From: an uncultured Alphaproteobacteria bacterium
Lineage (GTDB): Bacteria; Pseudomonadota; Alphaproteobacteria; HIMB59; GCA-002718135
Assembly (NCBI GenBank): GCA_902560675.1
Contig: CACEMP010000004.1
Span: 2,678-66,677, forward strand
Direction: 5' to 3'
Length of the DNA stretch: 64,000 bases
Of the stretch, positions 53,187 to 64,000 are shown piece after piece. Positions within the stretch are counted from its first letter, which is position 1; every line of letters starts with the position of its first letter. Below the pieces are notes generated by a model. That model made no database searches. It was not told the origin of the DNA and was given only the letters and a program-made list of their open reading frames with translations. Both the position numbers and the translations under genes were made by a program.

Positions 53187-55859
53187 ATGAATTCAAATCA
53201 GATTAGGTCAACATTTCTCAATTATTTTAAAAAAAATGGACATGAGGTTATTCATTCTAGCTCTCTTGTGCCAGATAATGATCCTACTCTAATGTTTGCT
53301 AACTCTGGAATGGTACAATTTAAAAATATTTTTACAGGTAAAGAAACAAGAGAATATAATAGAGCAACTACTGCTCAGAAATGTGTAAGAGCAGGTGGAA
53401 AGCACAATGATCTAGAAAATGTAGGATACACGACAAGACATCATACTTTTTTTGAAATGTTAGGAAATTTCTCTTTTGGAGATTATTTTAAAGAGTTGGC
53501 CATAGAACTAGCATGGAATCTAATTACTAAAGAATATGCAATAAATAAAGATAGACTTTTGGTAACTGTTTATTCTGATGATCAGGAAGCTTTTGATTTA
53601 TGGAAAAAAATAGCTGGATTGTCTGAAAATAAAATCATTAAAATAAGTACTTCTGATAATTTTTGGTCAATGGGTGAAACTGGTCCTTGCGGTCCTTGTT
53701 CTGAAATATTTTATGATCATGGTGATAAATACGAAGGAGGCCCACCAGGTTCTTTAAACGAAGATGGTGATAGATTTATAGAAATATGGAATTTAGTATT
53801 TATGCAATATGAGCAAATATCTAAATCTGAGAGAATAAACCTACCAAAACCCTCTATAGATACTGGAATGGGATTAGAGAGAATGACAGCTCTTCTAGAT
53901 GGTTCTAACGATAATTATTCAACAGATTTATTTCAACCAATTATAAATGAATCAACAAAACTATGTGGTGATGAAAGTTCAATAACAAATCCTAGTCACA
54001 GAGTAATTGCAGATCACTTAAAATCTTCCTCTTTTTTAATTGCTGATGGAGTAATGCCTTCAAATGAAGGTAGAGGATATGTCTTAAGAAGAATAATGAG
54101 AAGAGGAATGCGACACGCTCATTCTTTAGGTAATAAAGAGCCTGTATTTCATAAGCTATTTCCTATTTTTTTAGATGGAATTAAAAATTCATATCCTGAA
54201 TTAGATAGAGCAAAAGATCTAATTACTAATACATTAATGAATGAAGAAGTTAAATTCAAGGAAACTGTTGAAAAAGGAATAAAAATTTTAGATGAGGAAA
54301 TTTCTAACTCAACAAATATATTTAATGGAGAAGTAGCATTTAAATTATACGATACCTATGGATTCCCCCTAGATTTAACACAAGATTATTTGAAAAGTAA
54401 AAATATTGAAGTCGATATAAAAACATTTGAAAAAAAAATGTTAGATCAAAAGGAAAGAGCGAGACAAAGCTGGAAAGGTACAGGAGACATCGAGGATGAA
54501 GGCATTTGGTTTGAAATAACTTCTAAAATAGAGCCAACAGAATTTTTAGGATATTCTGATATGGAAGCTGATTGTAAAATAATTTCAATCATATCAGACA
54601 GTAAGTCAGTAGATATAATTAAAAAAGATCAAGAAGCAATTATAATATTAAATCAAACACCTTTTTATGGAGAAAGTGGTGGTCAGGTGGGAGATCAGGG
54701 TTTTTTTGAAAATGATAATTTTAAGTTTGAAGTTATCAATACAACAAAAATATTTGGAAACTATTTTCTTCACAAAGGTAAAGTAATTAGAGGTGGATGC
54801 AAAATTGAAGATACCATTAAAGCAAGCATTAATACAGTGAATAGAGATTTTATTACATATAATCATTCTTCAACTCATTTATTACATGCCGCTCTAAGAA
54901 AAATATTGGGCAAGCATGTCACGCAGAAGGGTTCGCTAGTAAATTCAGAAAAACTTAGATTTGATTTTAGTCACAATAATCCAATTGAAAAAGTTCAACT
55001 CATAGATGTTGAAAAAATTGTAAATGATCAAATTCAAAAAAATGGAATTGTTGAAATTAAAATTGTGGATCAAAAAAAAGCTATTGAAGAAGGTGCAATG
55101 GCATTATTTGGAGAAAAATATAGCGATGAAGTAAGAGTAGTAACAATGGGTCAAGAAAATGAATCATTCTTTTCAAAAGAATTATGTGGAGGAACTCATG
55201 TTGTTACATTAGGGGAAATAAGTAAATTTAAAATAACTAATCAATCTAGTGTTGCGTCTGGAATAAGAAGAATAGAGGCTGTATCTAATGTTGCAGTAGA
55301 TAAATATATCAAAGAAATAGAAAGAAATTTATTAGAAAAAAATAAAAACCAAGATAATCAAATTGAAGATTTAAAGAATAAAATTAAAAAGATTAATGCC
55401 GATTATAATTTTAAAAATCAATCTGAAGACAAAGGTTTATTAATTAAAGAATTAATTCAGATACACGAAAAATTAAAACAAAATATGTCTATATCAAAAA
55501 ATATTGGTAATATTGTTGTAAAAAAAATCAAAGAATTAAATTTTATATACTTGATTGCTGAAGATTACCCTAATAAATCTTTGAAAGCATTTATTGATGA
55601 GCAAAAAAAACAATATAATAAAAATAGTGTTTCGTTAATAATTTCAAATAATGAAAACAAACTATCTATAGTGCTAGGAGTTACAGAAGATATTACAGAT
55701 CTTTTTGATGCTTCAAAAGAAATAAGAGAAATTTCGATTATTCTAGGTGGAAAGGGCGGGGGTGGCAGAAAAGATCTTGCTCAAGGAGGAGGATCAGATG
55801 TTAGTCAAATTAATGAAAGTTTAAAATACGTAGAAGATAAATTAAATTCTATAAGTTAA
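53187..55859 (+). CDS. alaS: Alanyl-tRNA synthetase
   Basis: 890 aa with FTNSGM-like ([10 protein letters not shown]), [13 protein letters not shown], the editing-domain HSSTHLLH and a C-terminal DHHA1-like GGKGGGG. Confidence 0.95.
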   Translation: MNSNQIRSTFLNYFKKNGHEVIHSSSLVPDNDPTLMFANSGMVQFKNIFTGKETREYNRATTAQKCVRAGGKHNDLENVGYTTRHHTFFEMLGNFSFGDYFKELAIELAWNLITKEYAINKDRLLVTVYSDDQEAFDLWKKIAGLSENKIIKISTSDNFWSMGETGPCGPCSEIFYDHGDKYEGGPPGSLNEDGDRFIEIWNLVFMQYEQISKSERINLPKPSIDTGMGLERMTALLDGSNDNYSTDLFQPIINESTKLCGDESSITNPSHRVIADHLKSSSFLIADGVMPSNEGRGYVLRRIMRRGMRHAHSLGNKEPVFHKLFPIFLDGIKNSYPELDRAKDLITNTLMNEEVKFKETVEKGIKILDEEISNSTNIFNGEVAFKLYDTYGFPLDLTQDYLKSKNIEVDIKTFEKKMLDQKERARQSWKGTGDIEDEGIWFEITSKIEPTEFLGYSDMEADCKIISIISDSKSVDIIKKDQEAIIILNQTPFYGESGGQVGDQGFFENDNFKFEVINTTKIFGNYFLHKGKVIRGGCKIEDTIKASINTVNRDFITYNHSSTHLLHAALRKILGKHVTQKGSLVNSEKLRFDFSHNNPIEKVQLIDVEKIVNDQIQKNGIVEIKIVDQKKAIEEGAMALFGEKYSDEVRVVTMGQENESFFSKELCGGTHVVTLGEISKFKITNQSSVASGIRRIEAVSNVAVDKYIKEIERNLLEKNKNQDNQIEDLKNKIKKINADYNFKNQSEDKGLLIKELIQIHEKLKQNMSISKNIGNIVVKKIKELNFIYLIAEDYPNKSLKAFIDEQKKQYNKNSVSLIISNNENKLSIVLGVTEDITDLFDASKEIREISIILGGKGGGGRKDLAQGGGSDVSQINESLKYVEDKLNSIS

Positions 55860-57060
55860 TTTGAAAATTGTTTTTTATTACGCTTAAAAAATCTTGAGTG
55901 TTTAACCATTTCTGATCGTTATTAATTAATATTGCTAAATCTTTTGTCATTTCACCACTTTCTACAGTTTTGATACACGTTTCTTCCAATTTTTTAGCAA
56001 AATTTATTAATTCATTATTACCATCAAATTCTCCTCTAAAACTTAAACCCCTTGTCCAAGCAAAAATTGATGCAATAGGATTAGTTGAAGTCTCTATACC
56101 TTTCTGATGATTTCTATAATGTCTTGTAACAGTTCCATGTGCAGCTTCAGCTTCTACTGTTTTACCATCTGGGGTCATTAACACACTTGTCATTAAACCT
56201 AGTGATCCAAATCCTTGAGCTACAGAATCTGATTGAACATCTCCATCATAATTTTTACAAGCCCAAATAAAATTACCTTCCCATTTTAATGCTGAGGCTA
56301 CCATATCATCAATTAATCTGTGTTCATAAACTATATCTTTTTCTTTAAACTTATTTTTAAATTCTGTATCAAATACATCCTGAAATAAATCTTTAAATCT
56401 TCCGTCATAGATTTTTAAAATAGTATTTTTAGTAGAAAGGTAAACTGGCCAACCAAGGTTAAGTCCATAATTAAAGCAAGCTCTGGCAAAGTCTATAATT
56501 GAATTATCTAAATTATACATTGATAGGGCTACACCAGATTTTTCAAATTCATAAACATCTTTTGTAAATCCCTCAGATCCATCTTTAGGTTCAAAAATCA
56601 TTTTAAGTGTTCCTGGTTTATTAATTAATGTGTCAGTTGCTCTATATTGATCACCAAAGGCATGTCTAGCAACTACAATTGGATGGTTCCAGTTTGTGAT
56701 TATTCTTGGAACATTCTTACATATTATTGGTTGTCTAAATATAGTTCCTCCAAGTATATTTCTTATTGTTCCATTTGGAGATCGCCACATTTGCTTTAAT
56801 TTGAATTCTTCTACTCGATTTTCATCCGGTGTAATTGTTGCACATTTTATTCCTACACCATATTTTTTTACTGCTTTAGCTGCATCTATTGTAATTTGAT
56901 CATTAGTTTCATCTCTTTTTATCACTCCAAGATCAAAATATTTTATATCTATATCAAGATAGGGCAAAATTAATTGTTCTTTGATGTATTCCCAGATAAT
57001 TCTGGTCATCTCATCTCCATCCATTTCAACTACAGGATTTTTAACTTTTATTTTTGCCAT
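55849..57060 (-). CDS. icd: NADP-dependent isocitrate dehydrogenase (eukaryote-like homodimeric subfamily)
   Basis: 403 aa with [34 protein letters not shown] and NYDGDVQSD. It overlaps the convergent alaS by 11 nt. Confidence 0.9.
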   Translation of the reverse strand: MAKIKVKNPVVEMDGDEMTRIIWEYIKEQLILPYLDIDIKYFDLGVIKRDETNDQITIDAAKAVKKYGVGIKCATITPDENRVEEFKLKQMWRSPNGTIRNILGGTIFRQPIICKNVPRIITNWNHPIVVARHAFGDQYRATDTLINKPGTLKMIFEPKDGSEGFTKDVYEFEKSGVALSMYNLDNSIIDFARACFNYGLNLGWPVYLSTKNTILKIYDGRFKDLFQDVFDTEFKNKFKEKDIVYEHRLIDDMVASALKWEGNFIWACKNYDGDVQSDSVAQGFGSLGLMTSVLMTPDGKTVEAEAAHGTVTRHYRNHQKGIETSTNPIASIFAWTRGLSFRGEFDGNNELINFAKKLEETCIKTVESGEMTKDLAILINNDQKWLNTQDFLSVIKNNFQINL

Positions 57061-57599
57061 TTAATTAATATATTTTTTAATTGATCAACCGTATCTATAA
57101 TGTGAAAACTGTTTTGTAAATTTTTATTTGAAAATTTTTCATCTTCAAAAAATTTAAATTGTTTAAATAGATTATCCCAGAAATTATTTTTATTAAAAAA
57201 TATTATTGGCTTATTATGAATTCCCATTATTTTCCAAGATACGACTTCTACTATTTCTTCTAAAGTTCCTGTTCCTCCTGGTAATGCTAAATAAGCATCA
57301 CCTATCTCAAAGAGTAACTTTTTTCTTTCAGACATATTATCCACTATTTTTAAGTCATCTATATTTTCAAAAATTATTTCTTTCTCAGATAAAAAATTTG
57401 GAATTACTCCAATAACTCTATTTTCATATTTTTTTGCTGTCTTAGCAACTACACCCATAATACCGACTTTTGCGCCTCCATAGACAATATTTATTTTAAA
57501 TGATGATATTAATTTACTAATTTCTTCTGCATCTTGATAATATTTATTACTTAATTTATCTGAAGATGAGCAATAGATGGTAATTGATTTTATAGTCAT
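57048..57599 (-). CDS. LOG-family (TIGR00730) Rossmann protein, nucleotide 5'-monophosphate phosphoribohydrolase-like
   Basis: 183 aa with the GGAKVGIMG and PGGTGTLEE motifs. Confidence 0.8.
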   Translation of the reverse strand: MTIKSITIYCSSSDKLSNKYYQDAEEISKLISSFKINIVYGGAKVGIMGVVAKTAKKYENRVIGVIPNFLSEKEIIFENIDDLKIVDNMSERKKLLFEIGDAYLALPGGTGTLEEIVEVVSWKIMGIHNKPIIFFNKNNFWDNLFKQFKFFEDEKFSNKNLQNSFHIIDTVDQLKNILIKWQK

Positions 57600-57625
57600 A
57601 TATTTTATTATTTATTAGAAAAAAT

Positions 57626-60600
57626 TTAACTAGAAATTTTATTCTTATACCAATTCTTTATGTTTTCTCTAAACATTAATGCTGATGGTGTTACAACTAA
57701 TGTAAGAAATGTTGCAAAAAGTAGTCCAAATACTATGGCAGTTGATAATTGAACCCACCACTGGGTATCTGGCGAACCTCTAGTTATTTCTCTAGATATG
57801 AAGTCAACATTTGTCATTGTAACCATTGGTAATAATCCTAGTACTGTTGTAGTTGTTGTAAGTAAAACTGGTCTAAGTCTCTGCGCACCTGTTTTGATAA
57901 TGGCTTCTCTTATACTAGATGTTTTAGTCTTTAAAAAATCAAATGTATCAATCAATATAATATTATTATTTACAACTATTCCAGCAAGAGCAATTACTCC
58001 AACTCCTGACATAACGATACCAAATGGCTGTGCTGTTACCATTAAACCTATAAACACACCAGCTGTGGACATTACTACTGCAAAAAGAATTAAGAATGCA
58101 CTATAAAAACTATTAAACTGCAATAGAAGTATCATTAGCATTAAAAATAAAGCTACACCAAAAGCTCCTGTTAAAAATTCTTGAGCTTCTTTTTGGTCTT
58201 CATTTTCTCCAATAAGTTCAGCCCTTACTTTGTTATCTAATTCATAACGAGGTAAATCTAAAGTTCTTCCTCTCCAAGACGGAGCAGTATCTGAAATTCC
58301 TAATACGTACTCAAGTTCTTTAACTTTTCCGTCAGGATAAGTTCCAGGCTCTACATCTGCCTGAATATTTATAGCATTTTTTGAATCTACTCTAATTATA
58401 TTTCCTGTTCTGCTATTTGGAACAATTTCTACAAAATTTGATATTGGGACTAAACCATTTGAAGTAGTTACTCTTAAGTTATCAATTCTATCCAATGTTC
58501 TTCCTTCGTTTGGATAACGAAGATAAAGTGGTATACTTTCATTGCTATCATCAGGTCTATATTCACCAAGTTTAAGACCATTTGTTGCAAGTTTAATTAC
58601 ATTACCAATTGATGTAATGTTAGCTCCAAATTTAGAAGCTTGTTTTCTATCTACATTAATTTCCCATTCTATACCAGGTGCTGGTAAATTATCTTCTACA
58701 TTCATTAACTTTGGATAACTATCCATAAATTTTTTAAGCTTAATTCCTTCAGCTATTAAAAGTTGTTTATTATCACTGGTTAATTTAATGTTAATTGGTT
58801 TACCTTCACCAGGACCACCTTGTTGTTCTCTTGATTCTACTTTAATCCCATTGATACTTTTTGTTGCTTCCAAAATTTCTGCAAGAATTACTTTTGATTT
58901 TCTTCTTTTATCCCAATCTGTATATTCCAAACTTATTGATCCAATAAAGTCTTCTGATGCCTCTGATTGTTCACTTATATTTCCACTTAAAGAATAAATA
59001 TTTTTAAATTCTTGTCTTTCCGATTGAAGCTTTAAAATAATATTCTCGACTCTTGATACATAATCTTTTTTTTCTTCAACTGAGAGATTACCTCTTGCAA
59101 AGACTACAATTTTTGCAAGATCTGGCTCAACATCTGGGAAAAATTCTACACCTGCTCCTACTTTAGTATAGGTATAGTTTACAGCAATTAATATTACTAA
59201 AGCACTAATCATCACCTTTAAAGGATGAAATAATAAGAAGTTTAATACTTTTGCATAAAATCCAACAAAACCCGTTACGTTTAAAACAGGTTCATTAGAT
59301 TCTGACGATAAGATTTTTGCATTTTTAGAAACTAATTTATCTGTAGAATTTACATTTTCTGAAATTTTATAAACTCTTGGTATAATTCTTATAAATACAA
59401 ATATAAATAAAGCGAAGCTGAGTAAATATTTTCCAATTGTTATAAATAAACTAAATCTTTCAAGATTTAATAATCCAAATCCATAAGATAATAGATTATA
59501 AAAAATTAATGATATTAGTAATGGTACAATAAATTGTAGAAGTATTCTTGAAACAGTATTTAAAATAGATCCTAAAACTGGAACAAACAGTAATGCCATA
59601 AATAAAGAAGAAATAAGAACACATATAAGTGTTATTGGTAAATATTTCATAAATTCACCAGCTATACCAGGCCAGAATATTAAAGGTAAAAAGGCAGCTA
59701 GGGTAGTTGCAGTTGATGATATAATTGGTAGTGACATTTTTTTTGATGCGTTTGCAAAAGCATCTTTTACACCAAGACCTTCTTTCATTTTTCTATCTGC
59801 ATATTCAACAACAACAATTGCTCCATCGACTAATAGTCCTACAGATAAAATTAGAGCAAATAATACTACTATATTAATAGTAAAACCCATTACAGACAGA
59901 GCTAATAAACCTGATAAAAACGATCCTGGAATAGATACACCAACTAATAAACCAGATCTAACGCCTAATGCTCCTAAAATAATAATTAAAACAAGGATTA
60001 TGGCTGCTATGACGTTATTTTGCAGACTATTTAACATAGTTTTAATTCCTTTTGATTGATCGTTTCCAAAAGAGATTTCAACGTTTTCAGGAAAACTTTT
60101 AGCAGTAATTGCAGTTATTCTTTTTACTTCTTCAATAGTATTGATAATATTTTCACCAATTCTTTTGGAAACATCAATAGTTATTGAATTAGATCCATTT
60201 ACATTTGCATAAGATTGCCTATCTTCGAATGTTCTTTTGACTTCAGCAATATCTTTGAAAGTAATAACTGAATCTCCGTTAGTTTTAACAGGAGTATTTA
60301 ATACATCTTCAATAGTTTCGTATAAACCTGGAACTTTAATATCAAAACTTCCGTCACCAGTGTCTTGACCACCAGCAGATACCATTTTATTATTTTCTCT
60401 AACAATATTAATAAGACTCTCAAGATTTATGCCATAGCTATCAACTGCAGTTGGATTAATTAATATATCAACCTGCTCATTTCTTTTACCTCCTATTTTA
60501 GCTTCTAAAACACTAGGAATTGTTTCTATATCATCTTGTAAAATGTCAGCTAAATCCTGAAGAGTTCTATTAGGCACATCTCCACTTAAAGAAATGGATA

Positions 60601-61021
60601 AGATAGGAAATGTACTTATGTTAACTTCGTTAACTGTTGGTTCATCTGCTTCACTAGGTAGGTCACCCTTAGCTCTATCAACTTTATCCCTAATATCAAC
60701 CATAGCTTGATCAGAATCAAATCCAGCATCAAATTCTAATAAAACATTACCTCCACCTGAATAAGCTGTTGATCTTACTTCTCTTACTCCTTCAACAGTT
60801 TTAACTTCGTCTTCAATTGGTTTAACTAAAAGCCTTTCAGAATCTTGTGCAGAGATACCATTTTGACTTAGTGAAATATAAACTATTGGTATGCTTACAT
60901 CAGGAGATGATTCTTTGGGCATTGTGATGTAAGTAGATGCACCTGAAAAAATAATAAAAATAAGTATTCCCATGAAAACTCGGGAATGGGTTATTGCATA
61001 GTCTATAATATTTATTTTCAT
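57626..61021 (-). CDS. RND-family efflux transporter permease (AcrB/AcrD/AcrF-like) with an enlarged central loop
   Basis: 1131 aa with a TM1-large loop-TM2-6 / TM7-large loop-TM8-12 layout recognisable in the translation. About 75 extra residues lie between TM6 and TM7. Confidence 0.85.
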   Translation of the reverse strand: MKINIIDYAITHSRVFMGILIFIIFSGASTYITMPKESSPDVSIPIVYISLSQNGISAQDSERLLVKPIEDEVKTVEGVREVRSTAYSGGGNVLLEFDAGFDSDQAMVDIRDKVDRAKGDLPSEADEPTVNEVNISTFPILSISLSGDVPNRTLQDLADILQDDIETIPSVLEAKIGGKRNEQVDILINPTAVDSYGINLESLINIVRENNKMVSAGGQDTGDGSFDIKVPGLYETIEDVLNTPVKTNGDSVITFKDIAEVKRTFEDRQSYANVNGSNSITIDVSKRIGENIINTIEEVKRITAITAKSFPENVEISFGNDQSKGIKTMLNSLQNNVIAAIILVLIIILGALGVRSGLLVGVSIPGSFLSGLLALSVMGFTINIVVLFALILSVGLLVDGAIVVVEYADRKMKEGLGVKDAFANASKKMSLPIISSTATTLAAFLPLIFWPGIAGEFMKYLPITLICVLISSLFMALLFVPVLGSILNTVSRILLQFIVPLLISLIFYNLLSYGFGLLNLERFSLFITIGKYLLSFALFIFVFIRIIPRVYKISENVNSTDKLVSKNAKILSSESNEPVLNVTGFVGFYAKVLNFLLFHPLKVMISALVILIAVNYTYTKVGAGVEFFPDVEPDLAKIVVFARGNLSVEEKKDYVSRVENIILKLQSERQEFKNIYSLSGNISEQSEASEDFIGSISLEYTDWDKRRKSKVILAEILEATKSINGIKVESREQQGGPGEGKPINIKLTSDNKQLLIAEGIKLKKFMDSYPKLMNVEDNLPAPGIEWEINVDRKQASKFGANITSIGNVIKLATNGLKLGEYRPDDSNESIPLYLRYPNEGRTLDRIDNLRVTTSNGLVPISNFVEIVPNSRTGNIIRVDSKNAINIQADVEPGTYPDGKVKELEYVLGISDTAPSWRGRTLDLPRYELDNKVRAELIGENEDQKEAQEFLTGAFGVALFLMLMILLLQFNSFYSAFLILFAVVMSTAGVFIGLMVTAQPFGIVMSGVGVIALAGIVVNNNIILIDTFDFLKTKTSSIREAIIKTGAQRLRPVLLTTTTTVLGLLPMVTMTNVDFISREITRGSPDTQWWVQLSTAIVFGLLFATFLTLVVTPSALMFRENIKNWYKNKISS

Positions 61022-61026
61022 TTAGA

Positions 61027-62268
61027 TTAGTTTATTGTTTCACCAATACTTATATATTCTTGTCCGCTTACAATTAAATTTACTGTCTCAGGTAATCCAG
61101 AAACCCACATGCCATCTATTGTATCCTTAATTGTTTTGGTCGGATAGAAAGTAACTTTATTATCATTACCTACAGCTTTAACACCAACAGTCCCATCGTC
61201 TAATAAAGTTAATATAGATGGTGGTATTTTGTGAGCTTTAAGTTCTGAACCTTTGATAACAATTTTAGTCGTTATACCACTTTTATAAGAGAGATCTTTG
61301 TTATCAGCTTCAATAGTAATTTCGAATGTTCTAGTACTAGTTTCAGCTGATGGAGAAATAAAAGATATTATTCCATTTTTTTTAATACCATTACTATCTT
61401 CGATCAAAGCTTTAGTACCAACACTCACTTTATTTACATCAAATTCAGATAAATAACCCTCTATCTTGATAGGGTCTAAATCAATTATAGTAAATAGGGG
61501 AGTGCCTATTGAGATGAATTCAGTTTCCTCAACCATTTTTTCTGAAATAATTCCATCAAATGGCGCCTTGATAGTAGTTTTTTCTATATCAAGTTTTATG
61601 TTCTTTAAAATTGATTTTACATTTGAAATTTGAGCCTCAAGGTTTGCTAAGGTAGATTCAAATTTTATTTTAATATCTTCTCTATCAGCTTGAGCATTGG
61701 CAAGATTAAAAGATGCTAAACTTAATTTTGATTTTGAACTTAAACCTTTATCAATTAGCTGTTTTGCAGATGCATATTCAATTTCATACAACTCAATTCT
61801 TTCAACATTTTGTCTAAGTAGATTATCTCTGTTTTTTTCATTTAAAATTAGTTCTTTATTAAGTCTTTCTAAATCTTTTTTTGCACTAGAAAGTTTTTCA
61901 TTTCTATCCTCTAGTGAGATTGTAATCATTTCAACATTCTGAGATACTCTATCTCCTCTTGCAAATTCAATATTATCTATGTTGCCAGATGTTTCAGATT
62001 TAACATCAATTTTTTTATTATGAATAGTTTGACCTTGTAATTCAATAGATTGATCAATTAAACTGGAAGTAAATACCTTTGTTTCAACAGAAAATGTAAA
62101 TTCTTCATTATCATTATTTTCTGTATCTTGAGAATATGAAGTTTCTGATTCAGTGCTATTTTCTGTATCATCGTCTTGAGCAACAACATTGTTTGAAAAT
62201 TGCCCAGAACCAATCCATCCAACAACAGCGGCAAGTATTATGAGAGCTATAAATATTGATCTTTTCAT
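61027..62268 (-). CDS. RND efflux periplasmic adaptor (membrane fusion protein, HlyD family)
   Basis: 413 aa with an N-terminal membrane anchor, an acidic low-complexity linker, a coiled-coil hairpin and beta-barrel domains. It ends 5 nt upstream of the RND gene. Confidence 0.8.
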   Translation of the reverse strand: MKRSIFIALIILAAVVGWIGSGQFSNNVVAQDDDTENSTESETSYSQDTENNDNEEFTFSVETKVFTSSLIDQSIELQGQTIHNKKIDVKSETSGNIDNIEFARGDRVSQNVEMITISLEDRNEKLSSAKKDLERLNKELILNEKNRDNLLRQNVERIELYEIEYASAKQLIDKGLSSKSKLSLASFNLANAQADREDIKIKFESTLANLEAQISNVKSILKNIKLDIEKTTIKAPFDGIISEKMVEETEFISIGTPLFTIIDLDPIKIEGYLSEFDVNKVSVGTKALIEDSNGIKKNGIISFISPSAETSTRTFEITIEADNKDLSYKSGITTKIVIKGSELKAHKIPPSILTLLDDGTVGVKAVGNDNKVTFYPTKTIKDTIDGMWVSGLPETVNLIVSGQEYISIGETIN

Positions 62269-62295
62269 TAAATATCGTACATGTCATATATATTA

Positions 62296-62326
62296 AAGTT
62301 AATAAAAAACAATTTTTTGTTAACTT
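62296..62326. promoter_or_regulatory. Imperfect 15-nt-arm palindrome in the MFP/rlmE divergent promoter region
   Basis: AAGTTAATAAAAAAC-A-ATTTTTTGTTAACTT, with 13 of 15 Watson-Crick matches plus one G-T. The A/T runs are low-complexity, which weakens its significance. Confidence 0.25.
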
Positions 62327-62337
62327 TATTATCTTTT

Positions 62338-62937
62338 ATGAAATCAAAAAACTGGGTTAATAGACAAAAAAATGATCAGTTTGTAAAGAAAGCTAAACAG
62401 TTAGGCTATATAAATCGAGCTTCGTTTAAACTGGAAGAGATTGAGCAAAAATATAAAATTATTGAAAATTCAAAAGAAATACTAGAACTTGGTTCTTCTC
62501 CAGGAGGTTGGACTCAAGTCATCTTAAATTATAATCCAAAGACTAATATAACCTGTTTTGATTTATTAGATATGAAAATAAATAATCAATTTATAACTTT
62601 CTATAGAGAAGATTTTTTAAAATATAATTTTATTAATTTAAAAAATAAATTTGATTTAGTTTTATCTGATGTAGCTCCTAATACAACTGGTCATCAATCA
62701 ACAGATCATCTGAGGATAAGCCAATTAATATATCAAGTTATAGACAGATTAGAAATAATATTAAAAAATCAAGGATCATTTATATTCAAAATTTGGAAGG
62801 GAGAGGAAGAAAAGGAAATTATAAAGATTCTAAAAAAAATTTTTGATAAAGTTGAGTATTTTAAGCCAAAATCATCAAGACAAGAATCAAGTGAAATATT
62901 TATAATATCTAGAGGATTTAGATTGAATGAAGAGTGA
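62338..62937 (+). CDS. rlmE: 23S rRNA (uridine2552-2'-O)-methyltransferase RlmE/FtsJ
   Basis: I place the start at MKSKNWVNRQKNDQFVKKAK (the usual RlmE N-terminus) rather than at 62281. It has the SAM motif LELGSSPGGWTQV and DVAPNTTG. Confidence 0.85.
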   Translation: MKSKNWVNRQKNDQFVKKAKQLGYINRASFKLEEIEQKYKIIENSKEILELGSSPGGWTQVILNYNPKTNITCFDLLDMKINNQFITFYREDFLKYNFINLKNKFDLVLSDVAPNTTGHQSTDHLRISQLIYQVIDRLEIILKNQGSFIFKIWKGEEEKEIIKILKKIFDKVEYFKPKSSRQESSEIFIISRGFRLNEE

Positions 62938-64000
62938 AACAGAAACTATTTTAATTGTTGATTATGGATCACAATATACGCAATTAATAGCAAGAAGAAT
63001 CAGAGAGTTAGAAGTCTTTTGTCTTGTATATCCTTTTAATAAAATTACAAAAAAAATTTTAGATGAAATCAAACCATCTGCTTTTATATTATCTGGAGGT
63101 CCTAGATCAGTTCTAGATAAAAATGCTCCTAAATTAAATCAAGAAATTTTAAAAATGAAAAAACCAGTCTTAGCCATTTGTTATGGTATGCAATTAGTAA
63201 CAAAAAATTTGAAAGGTGTAGTAAAACGTTCCACACATAGAGAGTATGGTCATACCATTATAAATATTAAAAAAAAATCACTATTATTTAAAGGAATTAT
63301 TAAAAAGAAAATTAAAGTATGGATGTCTCATGGAGATAATATCAATAAAATACCCAAACTTTTTTCAATAACATCTTTATCAAATAATAGAATTATTTCA
63401 TCTATTGAAAATATTCAAAATAAAATTTATTGCCTTCAATTTCATCCTGAGGTCTATCATACAGATTTTGGTTCAAAAATAATTAATAATTTTGTTTTTA
63501 ATATTGTAACTATAAAAAATAAGTTCAAAATTCAAAAATTTATTGAAAATAAAGTATCAGAATTAAAAAATGAAATTAAGAATAAAAAAATAATTTGTGG
63601 TTTATCAGGAGGTGTAGATTCTACAGTTACTGCATATTTATTAAGCAGAGCTGTTAACAAAAATCTTCATTGTATTTTTGTTGACCATGGTCTTTTAAGA
63701 AAAAATGAAGCTAACGAAGTGTCAAAAATATTTTCCAAAAAATTTGGCAAAAACTTTACTAAAATTAATGCTTCTAATATTTTTTTAAAAAATTTAAAAA
63801 ATGTTTCCGATCCTGAGAAAAAAAGAAAAATAATTGGAAAAACATTTATAGAAGTTTTCGATAAAGCAGCTAAAAAAATATCAAATGTAGATTATTTAGG
63901 ACAGGGGACTCTTTATCCTGATATTATAGAAAGTATTCCATTTTTTGGAGGTCCAACAGCTAAAATAAAAAGTCACCATAATGTTGGGGGGTTACCAAAA
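62927..64000 (+). CDS. guaA: GMP synthase (glutamine-hydrolysing); N-terminal 358 codons, truncated by the window edge
   Basis: My own translation is MKSETETILIVDYGSQYTQLIARRIRELEVF.., with the GATase Cys in LAICYGMQL and the PP-loop GLSGGVDSTV. The frame is open to the window end. It overlaps rlmE by 11 nt. Confidence 0.9.
   Translation, partial: MKSETETILIVDYGSQYTQLIARRIRELEVFCLVYPFNKITKKILDEIKPSAFILSGGPRSVLDKNAPKLNQEILKMKKPVLAICYGMQLVTKNLKGVVKRSTHREYGHTIINIKKKSLLFKGIIKKKIKVWMSHGDNINKIPKLFSITSLSNNRIISSIENIQNKIYCLQFHPEVYHTDFGSKIINNFVFNIVTIKNKFKIQKFIENKVSELKNEIKNKKIICGLSGGVDSTVTAYLLSRAVNKNLHCIFVDHGLLRKNEANEVSKIFSKKFGKNFTKINASNIFLKNLKNVSDPEKKRKIIGKTFIEVFDKAAKKISNVDYLGQGTLYPDIIESIPFFGGPTAKIKSHHNVGGLPK

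Noticed and set aside
1-64000. CRISPR arrays, prophage, transposons/IS elements, toxin-antitoxin or known defence systems
   Set aside because: I saw no spaced direct repeats. No ORF has transposase, integrase, recombinase, Cas, restriction or abortive-infection motifs. The XRE-domain protein belongs to the metabolic ScfR/RamB type rather than being a phage repressor.

Overview
The window is a very AT-rich, tightly packed bacterial chromosome segment. Genes are separated by 0-60 nt or overlap by 1-23 nt, and I found no transposase, integrase, CRISPR array or rRNA. The gene content looks alphaproteobacterial: a eukaryote-type NADP-IDH, DUF3553, a BolA/monothiol-Grx pair, a one-Cys DksA and a GAAC-N7-GAAC box upstream of recA. 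Together with the extreme streamlining, this points to a SAR11/Pelagibacterales-like genome, but that is inference and not a database hit. I see three blocks. (1) Positions 1-26.6 kb form an accessory-looking catabolic island for methylated osmolytes. It holds a PrpD-like protein plus a double-hotdog hydratase, two GMC oxidoreductases, an ALDH and a family-5 SBP ABC importer. It also holds a long minus-strand operon combining a DmdA-type demethylase, a second GcvT-like protein and a BHMT-like methyltransferase with an FMN 2-hydroxyacid oxidase, a ThDP enzyme, a transthyretin-like protein, OsmC and a crotonase. The island ends with an ScfR/RamB/PrpR-type regulator flanked by repeated TTTGTAAAT motifs, an L-carnitine dehydrogenase + BKACE + thioesterase module, and an orphan PhnZ/TmpB-like HD-domain protein. 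(2) Positions 26.6-35.1 kb are a polyamine block: aguA-aguB, potFGHI-order transporter, puuA/puuB-like. (3) Positions 35.1-64 kb are housekeeping genes: sua5, orphan parA-like, glmU, class II DAHP synthase, nadE, gltX, cimA, trmJ-like, rpsD, rarD, grxD, bolA, purB, map, cinA-like, tRNA-Leu(UAA), nadK, moaA, DUF3553, dksA, recA, alaS, icd, LOG, an RND pump + MFP, rlmE and partial guaA. The most interesting candidate for an undescribed system is the minus-strand methyl-removal / 2-hydroxyacid operon (4980-12832) with its divergent transporter. All functional calls come from reading motifs in the supplied translations, and none has been checked against a database.
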